NCBI GenBank assembly: GCA_030704615.1
Contig: CM060731.1
Location: 75,020,001 to 75,084,000, forward strand
Length of the DNA: 64,000 bases
Source: Takakia lepidozioides
Lineage: Eukaryota; Plantae; Bryophyta
Direction: 5' to 3'
Under the pieces are notes generated by a model. That model was not told the DNA's origin, did not search any database, and saw nothing but the letters and a program-made list of their open reading frames with translations. Of the stretch, positions 25,701 to 39,146 are shown piece after piece (position 1 is the first letter of the stretch; each line of letters begins with the position of its first letter). A program made the position numbers and the translations under genes.

Positions 25701-27569
25701 ATGCTCCATCAAGTCCTACCGTCCTGGATTTCTGATCACAGAGCCTCTTGTAACCACCAGTTGCTCTATACTTCTGAACTCTCCATCTCCTAGGAACTCC
25801 CATCTTGTATACAGACTACTACAGCAATCCTTTCGTGAGGCCGGTCTACAAGATAGTGGGTCGCAGTAGATCCAGGCTGGATATCCCGTGACATCCACGA
25901 GCAGTAGCTACATTTAATTCGGTCGAAGAATTACACAGGATGGTCTTAGAGGACTACAGCTCTAAAATCGACATCCTTGCCCTCTTGAAACGTTTGGTAT
26001 ATATCTGGTTGTTTCAATTCATTGCATGAGGGTGAAGAAGAAAGGTCGATTCTGCGATGGGAGAGAGACGTGTGTGAGATCGGGAGAGGGCGGGTCTTGT
26101 TTGTATAAATAGCTTTATTTGGGCTGTTCCTCATTGTGTTGTTGCAGATAGAACCAGAGTATGATACCGTGGAAAGCTAACTAGGTCTCCTCCATAGCAC
26201 TGAGAAGGAGAAAGCTATCAATTTTTTGGTTTTCTGAGTTTCTGGCATGTACATCATAGAACATAGAACATTACTTGCAATTCTTTGGAGATCCTTCAGA
26301 ATGGTGAGACACACCCTTGCCAAGGTGCGGCTTTCTTACGGATTTCGTCAAGTAAGGCTGCCTCTGACATGATCATATTTTGTGGACTGGATTGTATCCC
26401 TGGTTGTCTACTGTAGTTTGAATATCTGTAAGTGTTGCTCATGGTATAAAAGACTTGTATGAAGTAGGTTGCCCAAAGTTTTTCCCTGCTGCAAGCTGCT
26501 TGTGAGGTGGGTGATTGCAATGTAAGGAGGCTGTTGTGAGAACCGCGGCTGGTCAGTTGCACCCTGGCGGACTGTGGACATAAGCAGCGCTCACCCGAGG
26601 TCCTTGGAAATTCCTGTACCATTATTGGGGTTGACTGTGTGCAAGTACTAGAGAGATTCTGGGGTGTCTCAAATACCCTGGTGGGGTGTGTAAACTCCAA
26701 CTAGCTTGGGGAGGGGAACTATACTCCTTGAGGAATCAGCCTTCGAGTAGGCTCGTTGCATGATCAATGACTAAATTTTCTCTTGTTTTATACTTCAGAA
26801 TCAAGATCGACCACAATCACATGTGTCATATAGAAGCTGAAGCGCTAAAGTATCAGTGCTGACATAAGTGTTGTGCTTTCTAGTGTGATGTCCATGCCAG
26901 CTCTTTGGTCAACAATCAATCGGCTGTATTGGATTGTCTTGCTGACTGTATGCAAGGCGTATGAAGCTGCAGGCTACTGTTCCATACTTTCACTGTTTCA
27001 AACTCCTGGGAGGTTCAATATCCAGTTGGGGATTACTCCTACACGGGTATATGCTTTAGCCTATGCTTGCAAGCACACCTTTCCCCACTCTTTTTTCAAG
27101 AAGAAAGGGACAAGACTCTGGGAACGATATCAGGAAACCACTTCACAGAGCACCTCAGCAAAGCTATGAAAAAGCCACAATGGGCAAAACCTCCAATTGC
27201 CAGAAAGGAGGTGAAAGGCCCTGAAATAAAAAAGCTCAAGCTTACAAATGAAATTAATTCTTGAGCCACCACCTCTTTCAACAGCAATGGGGGGCAGCCC
27301 AAGCTTCAACAGCAAACTTGAAGAATGTGCTACCTCCCCAGCCAAAAGCCCCCACACATCCACAAAAGAAGCAACATGGAGCTTGCTTGGATTGCACAAT
27401 GATGCACAAAAATGATCTTGAATCCATGAGCACCAATTGCACATAGAACCAGTGAGGCCATTGTAGATAGCAGTCAATCCCAAAGTAGTCCCTTTAAGGA
27501 CTCCTTAACCTTGCTCTGGGCTCCACCAGCTGTCTTTTCATTGCAATCACATTGTTTTTCCCTTTTGTT

Positions 27570-27985
27570 TGAAGTCTTGCCACCAATTCAGAATAGGAAG
27601 TAGTTTCAGGTATGCAGGTGGAGTGTTCTCTTTGAAATTATGGGTTGTTATTATCAGCTACTTGTGGCACAGGGAAGTACCTGTACATTATTTTCAGAGG
27701 CAGGGATGGACTGTTGGTGCAGATAGTTCTCAAGCACAAGAGTACCATGGGGGCATTGTGGATTGATAGCAAAAAGAAACTTGATGTCCAACTCGATCAA
27801 GGAGCAGCAACACAGTTGTTTGTTTCAGTCCATCTCGACCATGACCACGGCGTCTATGAGGATCTAGAGAGTGTCCACATGACACTCTGCATGACAGCAC
27901 TGAAAGAGGCGCCTCACAATTTTAACCAAGGACCATTTGGTAGACTCAAATACTTACATCCATCTGTGCAGGAGTGCATGACTGT
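27570..27985 (+). pseudogene. Relic paralogue of the PDF-PPR gene (last intron, PDF C-half and start of PPR)
   Basis: LKHKSTMGALWIDSKKKLDVQL vs FKHKITCESLWIDSYKKPAWVDGQL (62468 onward). Intron end gcagggatggactgttggtgcagat vs gcagggatggagtgtgggtccagat. HMTLCMTALKEA vs HVRMLCEAGRLKEA. Confidence 0.8.
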
Positions 27986-29547
27986 TGGCATCAACAGCCA
28001 CACTTGAGTTGTTCGGTTGGTAGTTGCAGCCAACTCTAGGATCAGATTTAGATCAGTTATATGGGGTAGGTGGGTGGAAGCTTAGATAATTTTAGGAGTT
28101 ACACCAACTAACCCTATACTTGCTCCCTAATTCTTTTGTTCTTTCCACTTATTTACACACTGTTTGTGGGTTTTGTCTCTAATTTATTGGTCCTCCCTAA
28201 AGAAGAGAACATGCATCACAGTAAAAAGGATGCAAGTGCTTCCCAAGATAAAACTTGCAGGGAATACACAATACACCCTCTTGGTAAAGCCTTTAAGTTA
28301 TCAAATTCTCTTAATTATTTATATCTTATTATTATAATTATTGTAATATATTTTATATATGTACTTTTATTTATTTTATTTTTAAGAGAAAGGAGACATT
28401 GTACATCACAAATATTGAATTTTAAGCTTAAATTCGATTTTATCTTTTCTTTCTTTCTCTTGTTGACATTTTTGGTTGAAAGATGTTTTGTTGTTGTTGT
28501 GGGGAGTCATCCCAAAACTGGTTTTGGCATTGCTCACCCAATGGAGGAGGTTGGATAGCACGGGAGCTTGCTCACATAGAGCAGAAGAGGATATATGGGA
28601 AATTCCTAGAATATTCTTGAAAAGATGCACTAGGACTGAAATGTGCAACTTGTGCTCACAGTGAGCACAATGTGCTCATGTGAGAAGACTTGTGCTTACA
28701 TGAGCACAAGCCAGGGTTAGTCATCCTATTGCCCTAATTCATTAGCAAAATAAAACAATCTCACGTTGTCTCTTGTATGCAAAACCAAACACAATACATT
28801 TTGTTTCGCCCACGAAACCTAGGATAATAACCTACGCGATACCCGAAAATTTCGCCGGACCCATTATTTCGATTGCGAAATCCATGATTATTTTGCTAGC
28901 GAAACCCGATACATTTGATTTATTTAGTTAACGAAACCGTTGTTTGCCTCATTATACTATTGTTTGGTATTTGTGTGTTTTGGATGGTGTTGGTTATTGT
29001 GACTTTGTTTTTCCCTAATGTGCTATTCTTTTGTAGGATACCAAAGTTGTAGATATGTGGAACTTGGAGCTTGTAGATATACATTATGGGTGCCTATTTC
29101 ACATTAGGGTTTTGGGATTTTATTCCGTTTTGAAAACATATAACTCCTATGCCTGCGATTTAAAAACATAATACCCCCACATGTGACCATGGGTTTGTGA
29201 TCACATGAGCACGTTCTACCAACCCCCACCCATAGCACTAAACAAAAGAAAATGATGACGCCTCTCTCGAATGAGGCGTATACTACGATATGGTGTCTTT
29301 TCAACCCAAAAGACTATCAGAAGGTGGACACCATGAACCCTAGATCATATAGGTTATGCACAAGCAAGGCACAAGCTCCCAATCACTGGGCTACAAAGCA
29401 CTAATATGGGTTGATGCATTACTATCCACGTTTTCCTCGCTTTGCACAAACCTCAAGATTTTCTAAGATATTCTTAGATTCTTCAGATCCATTGAGATAG
29501 ATCAAGTTACATATCACTTTATAGTGTTAAATATCCACCAAGATTAA

Positions 29548-30178
29548 CCCTTAAACGCCCGGGGCCATAGTTTGACTTTTTCAAAAAACATGACCTCTTA
29601 AAATGAAAAATTGGTGTAATTTTCAGAAAATTAACTTTTTAAAGAACTTGCCTGCACATTATGTGCGTACCTTCCTCCTGCATCCACCTGCCAAATTGGA
29701 GGCCAATCAGCCCCAGATCCACAAAATGCCACCCTTGAATGTGGGGAGAAACATATCCATTTTTGGTAGTTTTTTAAAGATATGAGTGATGGGATCAAAT
29801 GGGATTGAGGCGAAATTAGCAGGGTTTCATCCCCTTGGGATCCCTCATCCAACAAGCCAAAAAGTATCCAATTTGGCCAATGCATGTGATGTTGCCACTT
29901 GGTCAAACCTGGGCAAATCCCATCTTTATCTCCCTCTCTCACACACCTGGGAAGAATGAAACAAGGAGAATTACCTTTATCAAATCGTGACCCCCCTACT
30001 CGCGTGAGGAGACCTCCTTGCAACTTGGCAGATCAAAGGCAATCAAGCAATGAATCTTGGTGTGCCAGGTGCCCAAGAACACTTTTTTTTTTCTCACACA
30101 ATTCCATTGAGAATCTAAAAAGTTATTCAGAATTTTCTAAACCCAAAGCCCAAAATGGGCGTGGTGGGCGTTGAAGGG
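29548..30178. mobile_element. piggyBac-like MITE with TTAA TSD
   Basis: TTAA(29544-47)-CCCTTAAACGCCC ... GGGCGTTGAAGGG-TTAA(30179-82). TIR matches 12/13. Confidence 0.8.
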
Positions 30179-30664
30179 TTAAGATTACAAATTTGGAAGT
30201 CCTAATGTGCATATGAGTTTTGGGGATTGCTCCTAGTTGCATCAAATATAAATATAATATCTACAACTAGGATATGTTTTCCTATTGTAATCCCCCTCTT
30301 TTTAGTTTAGTTCCAAAAATCCCCTATTTTCAGAAAAAACAAAAAAATTTTGTTTTTATGTTTATCCACCAGTATATATTATGAAATTTAAATACAGGTA
30401 GGTATGTCTTTTATAAAATAATTCAGTGTCAATCCCCATCTCAAGAGCCCCCCTCTTCAGCCTCCCCTGACTTTGAAAGATCAGATCGAAACTGGAAGCA
30501 CATCAGGGCAGCCCTTAAGTCCAAACTTCATTTCCACTGGTAGATAGACTGCCTTCTCTCTGGTTTCTTCTTTGTCATCTTCCCTGCACTAGTACCCGGC
30601 TCCTCCTGATCTAGGGTTATTTGAGGGTCTCCCCCTCCATCGCTCTATGGTTATCTCACCTTAA

Positions 30665-31752
30665 CCCCTAAACGCCTACAGATTTTTTTTAAGAAAATTG
30701 CAAAATCTGAACCTCATGCCACCTTTTTATTTATAACTAAGCATTTTCTCAGATCTAAAACATTTCACCGTACAATCATGATGTAAACTACATCCCCTAC
30801 CTTTCCCCAGTGTAATTCATGATATTTGGCCGCAGGAATTGGAATCTTATATGTTTTTTGTGAGCATGAAAAGTTTCTGTAACCTCTGCAGAGTACAAAA
30901 CAATTATACAAATATTATCGAAATTCCTAAATGGCTGGTCCAATTGATTTGACATTTTACATGGACATGTCTCATGATGTTGGCCACCTTCTCCTAAAGT
31001 TTTAGAGTTTTTGGACAAGATCTGGTTATACCTGCTTTGTAGTGATCTGGAGGGGGTTCCACAAAGTGCATTTTCTATATGTTGTCACCTTTATTATTTT
31101 GGGAAAAACATGGGTGTGTTTTTGGGAAAACGGAACGGTCCCAACGTCCTAAATCAAGTTCGGAAGGTACTCCTGAATTTTCTATTCAATCCATGGGGAA
31201 AATCCCCTCAGATTTGGATTTCCGGAGCCAAGATTTGTAATACTGCACTGCCCCGTGTTTCTCAGGGCGCGTCCCATGGGAATCTGGGGTCACCCTCCAG
31301 AGCCAGCCCTGTGGAGCGGCGCTTAGCCCCCATTGGCAGCCTGCATTCATTGCAGACCGTGCAGAGGGTAGGACCCCTACGACCCCCAATCTCGTAGGGC
31401 GGGTACCCCAGTCTCGTGGGCGGGTACCCCCAGCCCTGCCTAAGATTCGGGCAGCGGGCAAACCATATCCACTGACGATCTGCCCAAAATTAATCATTTC
31501 GGGCGCGCAGATCGCCATAACTTCCTGCCATCTTCACCAATCAGCCTCGGGCAGGTGCCATTGAAAAGCCCTATACTCATGGCCCATAAAATGAAAGGGG
31601 GTTGATTTTTCACCCCTCCTCAAGGGCCTGAATTGTTGCCGATTCACAATCACTGCGCTCAGATTATCCACAATGGATTTCAGCCAAACATCCTTCTTCT
31701 TCAACACCCTTGTCATTCATATGTACATGCAAATGCGGATGCCGTTTAGGGA
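30665..31752. mobile_element. Older piggyBac-like non-autonomous element
   Basis: Left end TTAA-CCCCTAAACGCC (30661-76). Degenerate right end gccgtttaggga (31741-52, 10/12 match) without an intact TTAA. Confidence 0.5.
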
Positions 31753-32594
31753 TCAGTGTTAGACCAAATACCCGAACGAGCTTTGTGCGCCAGCGATATG
31801 ACGAGGAGCAAAAACGTTTTCTATCTTTGCCAGGCCATTGCATTCGGGCTGCTCAATACGCTTCCAACAGCCTCCTCTCCATCTCCGTGGCTGGCGCCTA
31901 CAGCGAGCCATCGTGTAGGGCACGGGCCCCGCATGGTCCTGTCTGTGCAGGGAACAAAGTGAGATCACAGTCAGAGGTAGCCTGCTGCGCTTTTCAGAGG
32001 TGAGAAGACAGTACGGCAAGCCAGTGGCCATGTATTTGGGATCCTCTGAGCATATTCTCAGGATCTCATTTGGCTGATTCTTTGGGCCACGTGAATCGTC
32101 AATGAAATTTGCTCATGGATCCGTCCAGTCAGCATTCGAATGGATGGATGTCTGTCATTCTGGACGAACGCTGCTTTGTGTGGGGCCCTGCTCCGCGGGA
32201 GGGGGAGAGCCCTGCGCGTCTCTCTCTCTTACGTGGTCGTATCCACAGTCTGCATTCAATTTGTAGAATGTCTGCTGCTGAGATTGGAAGATGTTGGAGA
32301 ATGTTGAAGGGAAGGAGAAAGAGCTTGTTTACAACATTTTCAAGAGGTTTTTATAAGTTTCAACAGACAATTGGAGCTTTGGTATGTCTGCATTGCTGTT
32401 CTGTACACTTGGTGAGTTTCGAAGCTCGCGGTACTCTTGAGTACAATGTCTCTGTGTCTATTAAGTTGTATTTTACACGGCTTCAAAGATATGTTGCGGC
32501 CTGCCAAGTGACTTGTTTGCCGCATTCTGTTTCCGCAATGCTCTTTCGTCCAACTGTATCGGTCTTTGTTTGTACTAGGCTTGACAAGTCGACG

Positions 32595-35500
32595 ATGGCT
32601 GGATTGACAAATGGTACGAGAAGGGGAACCTAGAAAGGCAGAATCCTCGCACCATTTTCCGTTTGTCATCGCAAGGGAGACAAGGTTGTCAGGAGGATGG
32701 AATCGTGTGGTATGAGGATGCGTTATTCCAATGCGTTAATCTGATTTCTGCTACTTTCGAGGAACAAGACGGCAGAGAGGACTGGAAATCTTCATCTGGC
32801 TTAGTGCATAAGCAGCACGCTCTGTTGCGTAACTCACACGGGATGGGCCAAAAGAAGGAAGGTGAGAACGGCGGAGGTGGCGAGTTGCATCAAAGAAAAG
32901 GACGACGCATTGGACACAGGGTCCTGAGAAATCCTCCGAAGGTTCTTCCTCCGTTTTGTCCAGTAGAGATTTTGAGGAATAGTTCATGAGGAGCTTAAGT
33001 CCGCTCTGTATTCGGTCATCATGATGGTAAGTCGTGGACCTCATGAAATCAGAATAATTTAACGTTGTGCCGCTGGTGGTATTTGCAGGTGGTGATTCAG
33101 ACGAAGCAAATAATCACTAAACAGGCGGGGAAATTCGCTAAACAAGCAGATGAGCACGAGAAGTTAATCGCCAAGGTGGATCTCGCCATGCATTTGGTTC
33201 AGCCTTTGCAAAGTGTCGTTTCTTTGTTGTAATAGTCAGTGGCTTTGTTATGCTCTCGAATTGTTCCACCTGACTGGGTCGGCTTTCTGAAATTGCCTGC
33301 TGAAACCATATGATGATTGTCAAGCAATGTGAACCGGCAGGTGACGTACAATGTTGGAGTTGCCTCCTTTGGTATATTCTGCTTCTTACTAGGCTCAAGT
33401 AAGCGTTGTTTCTCTGGTTCAGGATTTCTTCAAAGCAACCGTTCAGTGATTATGTGCAGATGTAGTGTACCCCACCTCACTTGTCTAATTTTTGGTGACT
33501 TGGACCAGTATCTGTTCTACAGTGATGAGCATTCCTGTTTAGTGGCACAGTTTTGATGTTTTACAATTCGTTTGATGGACTGGCATGATGCTATGTCAGT
33601 GAGCTGATTGTGCCGGGCTACTCTTGTGTAGGGCCGGATGATATTCCCTATTTGTACTGCTTGTTCTTCATTACAGTGGCACCTCTCAGATGGATTTACT
33701 ACCGGAGCAAGAAGTTGCACTATTATTTTCTGGTACACCATTCTTGTTTCCTTGCAATTTGACGGTACTTAGCGGTGTTTGATGGACAAGTATCAGATGC
33801 TGGGTAGCGGCTTGTGTGTTGGAAATTCGCAATAACTATGGAGTGGTTTATGCTTTGGGCTTCTGTTTTATATGTGTATGCCAAGAGAGGGAATTTACTC
33901 ATAAGACGATGTTTGCCGTAGCCTTGTGGCCATTCCTTGTTAGAGGCTCTCAAGTGTAGTCTTGAACAGGCCATTTTTTTTCTTCACATTTGTCATTTTC
34001 CTTGATGTCCAACAGTTGTAATTTCTGCTGGAAGTCTAGGTATCTCCTCAGTAAGGTAAAATAGTTCAAGATGGACTTCTTTACTTCAGACTCTGGAAGA
34101 CAATTGCTGGTTACCTGTTTTAGGAGGGGCTAGGGATAACCACTATGTTATTGATGTTATTGAAGATGCCGAGTTTTGACATTTCACAGAGCAGGTACTG
34201 TAAAACCTGGGTAGCGACCCCCACCTCCCCTTTTATTATGCCTTCTACTAACAGCTGAGCAGAACAGTCTAATCAAGTGTTGAGTTGGAAGACCATTTGA
34301 CTATATTAGGATATACTTACTGGGCATTACAAAGTGGTCTCTGTTCGTGTGGCAGGATTTTTGCTATTACGCCAATGTTATATTTGTGGCGATGCTCCTC
34401 TTCTTCCCAAACAATGACAAGTTGTTTTTAATTTGCTTCTCTTTCTCTGAGGTGAGTGTACTATCAAGCCACTCTGTTTCGTATTGGCTGTAGTGTGGAC
34501 ACCCATCACGTTTCTTTTACGTGGTTTTCCTTCTGGCATTCGTGCAGGGACCATTGGCATGGGCATTGATTGTGTGGCGCTGTAGTCTTGTCTTCAGCTC
34601 TATTGACAAGATTGTTAGTGTGCTTATCCATTTACTTCCAGGTGAGCATGGCACTTCATATCGACTTTTCATCTGTTGAATTTGCTACGTATGCTTTTCG
34701 ACCTGATCCAATTAAGAAGCTGGTGGTTCTTTGCAGGAACGGTGCTTTTTATAATTCGCTGGTGGGATCCAAGCACATTCTCCCATCATTCTGGGCATGA
34801 AACAGGCCCTTGGCCAGCATGGCCCTTGCTGGAGAGTGGTCAAGCACTTTGGACATGGTTATTTGTCGTCCCTCTATTTGCATATTGTCTGTGGCAGATG
34901 CTGTACTTTCTTGTTGTCAATGTGCTACGACGGCAGCGATTGCTCAGGGATCCTGAGGTTATGACCTCATACAGGTCTGTCCATGTTGGGGAATTATCCT
35001 CCTTTTAATCTCTCCGGTTGTTATTACTTGCCTGACATGTATGCTTTGCAAGGGACTGTACTAACTGTGGTGATCTATGAATTGTTGAGCTGTTTGGTGT
35101 GTAAATAGTCACAATTTGGATACCTATAAGCAGGTGAGCACTGACTACTGGAAGATTTTGATACTACAGGGAGCTGTCTCGAAAGGCATCACGTGCGCAT
35201 AATGTGTGGTGGCGACTATGTGGATTGTTGGGAGACAACAATCGCGTCCTTATGTACAATATACTTCAAGCTATATTCACTGTGGCCACACTGGCCCTCA
35301 CTGTTCCCATTTTCAAATCTTACCAGCTACATATCACTTTTGAGTGCTTCAAAGTGATAGCTGCTGTGTGGAATGGAGGAAACTTCTTCTTGGACCATGC
35401 AATGCCTCAGAAGATTGATGCGAAGAAGAGAAAATTGGGTTCATCTGTAAATGGTCCTATCAAGGAGCCTCTTTCAGGCAAAGAGCCTGGTATACCAGCA

Positions 35501-35815
35501 GCTGTAAGGACTGGAGGCTTGGATTCTCAAGTTGGGTGGGAAGAGCCCGTGCCTCCAGTGATGTCCAAGTTGGAGAAGCATCAAGTCTGCACTCTTTGCA
35601 GGAGGTTAAGTTCAGTGAACCTTTCTGATCTTAATACACTTCAAGGAAATGGGGGCTTGGAGATGGAGACTAAGCTGGGTGACAAATCTGAGCAACCAAT
35701 AACAAGTGTGTTGGATGTGGCTCGTCCAAGAATAATCTCTTTAGGATGCAGTGCAGAGTTCGATTCATCTCGGGCAACAATGAACCGCTCCGATCACGTG
35801 GCCTGTGCAAGCTAG
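32595..35815 (+). CDS. GPC1: Glycerophosphocholine acyltransferase (GPCAT/GPC1, DUF2838), multi-exon; start at 32595 or 32843
   Basis: Spliced peptides [12 protein letters not shown]|[41 protein letters not shown]|DFCYYAN, FSFSE|[31 protein letters not shown]|[16 protein letters not shown]|RELSRKA and VWNGGNF. Confidence 0.9.
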
Positions 35816-37292
35816 CTAGCCTTGAACAAGAATGACAGAGGGTGAGAGTTACTGGAGAGTTATGTCTATGCTGATCGGTTTCGGAGTTCATATCAATTAT
35901 GTTATACACCAATTGTTTCTGTGCAAAAGTGGTCAATTTGATCACAGCACTGACAGATATCCTTTGCACCCATCAAGATCCGTTTCCACTTGATGGGTGC
36001 AACCATAATTGGCAGGGCAGCCACCCGATAAACAAGTGGAGGCTGGCTCATGTGTTGCGCCGTATCTTGTGAGTTTTATTCAATTGGGACATAAGCAAAA
36101 TAGAGCCTGCATGCTTGTCATGCTGCCCAACATTCCAAGATGTTATTATAGTTCACCATTATCCGCATATGTATGTACAGTGTCATAAAGTAACAATTAG
36201 ATCAAGCGGGGAGTACTACTCCCACTATTCTTTAATGTAGTATGGATTCAGTTTTTCACGTAAACTTCATGATGCCATGCGCAGTCTGCTTCTGACCTCT
36301 TTGTCCATTTCCAGGCCTGCCAGGCCACACGCATTCAGAGCACAAATGAATGTGATCTCTTAGGAGTCACTCCTTTGCGGATCATTTGCTCATACATCTC
36401 GAAAGCCTCCATAGCACACCTATGCTGAACGTAACCGTCATTACAATCTAGCAGAAGTTTTCACTTACTGTTTGGAGGAATAGGGCTATGTAGATGTGCA
36501 GGACCGACTGTCGATGGCAGGCATCCTTCACACCCATATGAACATCATAGCTCTTCTTTTTTTAAGAAAAAAACTTTTTTAAATGTTTTTGGCTGTTCTA
36601 TTCTGAGAGGAACCTAACTCCTTACTCCTTTTTAGAAATTCTTTTCTCTTGCCGACTTTTATGTTTTTGTGACCCTTCTGAAAAAGCAATTGGTTTTTTC
36701 CTCGGCCTTTTAAAATCATTTCCAGGTTTTTCTAAATATAAATAAATAAATAAAATGGAGAAACCAAACATATTTGCTCCCAGCCAGTGGTTTCCTTTTA
36801 AGAAAAGTAAAGCTCTATTATATATATATATAGTGAAAATCATATCCCACCAAAAAGTCTGTCAGAGAAAAAAAGTTCTACAAAAGAAAGAGTACCTATA
36901 TAAGCTGCGGCAGTGCTGGCTTCTGTGTATTTCTCTTGACTGCTGCTGGCGTTTGGTTGAGACTTTTGGGGTGAAGATTGTTGAGGGGGATCGTGGGCGC
37001 TCTGGATGCAGTGGAGGTTGAGAATTTGCAGCAATTGAGAGCAAAGACTTCAGATTACAAGACTCTCACAAAGCTGATTGTAGCAAGTTTGAGTCATTAG
37101 TACAAATTCGTTGAAGCGAGTAACACTGCTCTTGATTTTGGGTGGCTGTTTCAGACTTAGATTGCAAGAATAGGCTATCTAGATAGTAAAGAACGACCAT
37201 TTGCTTATCTGTAGAGAAGTTTATATATCTGATCATCAGCATCAATAGCATACCTAAGTGCAGGGTGACCAGTGGCGGCGTGTATTAGAAGG

Positions 37293-38708
37293 ATGGAGAA
37301 TAACTCAGCACCCAGCATGGACTCTATTGACCCACAGTCCACCGTAGCTGACGTTGGTAGTGGGAACAGTCGTGGGAAATTACACTGCTCTACTGCACCA
37401 GCGCGGAGGTTTATCGGAACACTGCTTCAGCCCAATGGACGGTGGGCGGCAGTACTCACTGACAACGATGAGCTGGTGTGGTTGGGGTACTTCGACACAG
37501 AAGAAGCAGCTGCGGCAATGTATGATAGGGCGGTGATCAGGTTCCAGGGGTTTGATTCCGTGACCAATTTTCATTCTATTCACAGGAATGATGCAGAAGC
37601 TGAATTTCTTTACAGACAAACAAAGGAAGAGTTAGTAAAAATGTTGAGGAATGGATCGTATGTCACGGAGCACCTCGAGGTATATAACTGCATGCCGTTT
37701 TCTCAGGCAGTATCTCCAAGTCCTATTGCCAGCCCACATGAACCAAACCAGTCTGTATTGAACGTAACTCTCCCTAGCTGCTGTCCGAGTACCGTTGTAG
37801 TCCCTAGCACCTCTCGGACTGATGTTTCGTCTTCTAGTGAACAGCTACCAGCTAGATGCCCAGCCCCTAAGTTACAGTTTCTGTTTGCAAAAGAGGTTAC
37901 AGAGAGTGATACAGGGAAGCTCAATAGACTGGTCATTCCGAAGAAGTCTGCCGAGCACTTTTTTCCTCCAATTGACAAGGAAGCACCTGATCCTTCACTG
38001 AATGTCTCATTTCAAGAGGTCCGGACGGTCCGCCGTTGGGAATTTCGATACGCGTACTGGGGCAGCACGCAAGGTTATGTGTTTACCAGGGGATGGAAGA
38101 AATTTGTAACGGCGAACGAAGTCCAAGCAGGGGACATGGTCGCGTTCTATGAAGACGCCACAGACAAAACATCATTTTACATCGAGCATCGAAGCAATCG
38201 AGCATCCACAGAGCAATCTAAAGCTTCAACGTCGTCTACTCCACCCAACGGTATGGCGCCTCACTCGCTAACCTCACTCTTCGATTCTTCCTCAGGGAAA
38301 CAGATTCTCCCGGATCCTCCACATGATTTGACGCGCCTCAGATCAGTCCTTTTTGGCATGCAACAACATGCATGCGACCCAACGACCACCTTCCGTCGTC
38401 TGCTTCCATCACTGCAAGATGTACTGTCCAACGGAGGGGCTGGAGCATCCCAACCATGGGGTTGCACATGTGTACGAGAGACACAAGATTATCTGAAACT
38501 CCTGGGCACTTCGACCCTATCAAAAGAGAAGACGATCGTGAGTGAGGGAGAAACCAAAGACGGTCCCTGTACTAGCTTAAGCTTAGCTCCACCAGGGCAA
38601 CGAGAGGTTCCAGCAAAACGGGCCAGGCAACAAGACCCAAAATCAGAGACAGATCAGGGGGGTCCTTCCAAAAAGCCTCGCAGAAGCTCAACTGAACTTC
38701 ATCTTTAG
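37293..38708 (+). CDS. RAV: RAV-type transcription factor (AP2/ERF + B3), intronless, divergent
   Basis: AP2: QPNGRW...VWLGYFDTEEAAAAMYDRA...TNF, followed by the FL..TKEELVKMLR linker. B3: LFAKEVTESDTGKLNRLVIPK...WEFRYAYWGSTQGYVFTRGWKKFV. First ATG at 37293. Confidence 0.92.
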   Translation: MENNSAPSMDSIDPQSTVADVGSGNSRGKLHCSTAPARRFIGTLLQPNGRWAAVLTDNDELVWLGYFDTEEAAAAMYDRAVIRFQGFDSVTNFHSIHRNDAEAEFLYRQTKEELVKMLRNGSYVTEHLEVYNCMPFSQAVSPSPIASPHEPNQSVLNVTLPSCCPSTVVVPSTSRTDVSSSSEQLPARCPAPKLQFLFAKEVTESDTGKLNRLVIPKKSAEHFFPPIDKEAPDPSLNVSFQEVRTVRRWEFRYAYWGSTQGYVFTRGWKKFVTANEVQAGDMVAFYEDATDKTSFYIEHRSNRASTEQSKASTSSTPPNGMAPHSLTSLFDSSSGKQILPDPPHDLTRLRSVLFGMQQHACDPTTTFRRLLPSLQDVLSNGGAGASQPWGCTCVRETQDYLKLLGTSTLSKEKTIVSEGETKDGPCTSLSLAPPGQREVPAKRARQQDPKSETDQGGPSKKPRRSSTELHL

Positions 38709-39146
38709 GTAGATCAGCAGTCCCGTCTCCTCGAGGTTTTCTAATACCTAATTTTGGATAATTGTAAATAATTGTGAAATAATTGTTTTCACCAATGAAA
38801 CTCTCATAAACTCAAATGGTATACGAGATAGGTGGAGTTGCTCCTGGAAAATATTATTGACATTTTTGTGGCTCAGTCCCGGATACTTCTGTATTCCTTG
38901 GTTCCTTCTTCCATCAATCTAGACTAGTGGCAATTACTCCATTCTGCTGTGGAAACAGGAGGCGGGCTCAACTCCTCTGACAATCTGTGGGAAAAAGGAA
39001 ATATCTCTGATTCAAGAGTGGAATGACACTACTCCAACCCTGCATGCTGGGAGTTCCCTTAGCGCCAGATGCTCCCCGCTGAAGTAGATTGGCGGCATCG
39101 TCGTAGCTTTAGGAAAGAAAAATCCAAAGCACACCATGAAATGCAA

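Noticed and set aside
27113-27160. RLWERY as an upstream PDF half-exon of the 27.6-kb relic
   Set aside because: The match is too short and the diagnostic WWDNR is absent.
28649-28710. tgtgctcac-a-gtgagcaca palindrome cluster
   Set aside because: Real but short. Most likely a MITE remnant with no definable ends.
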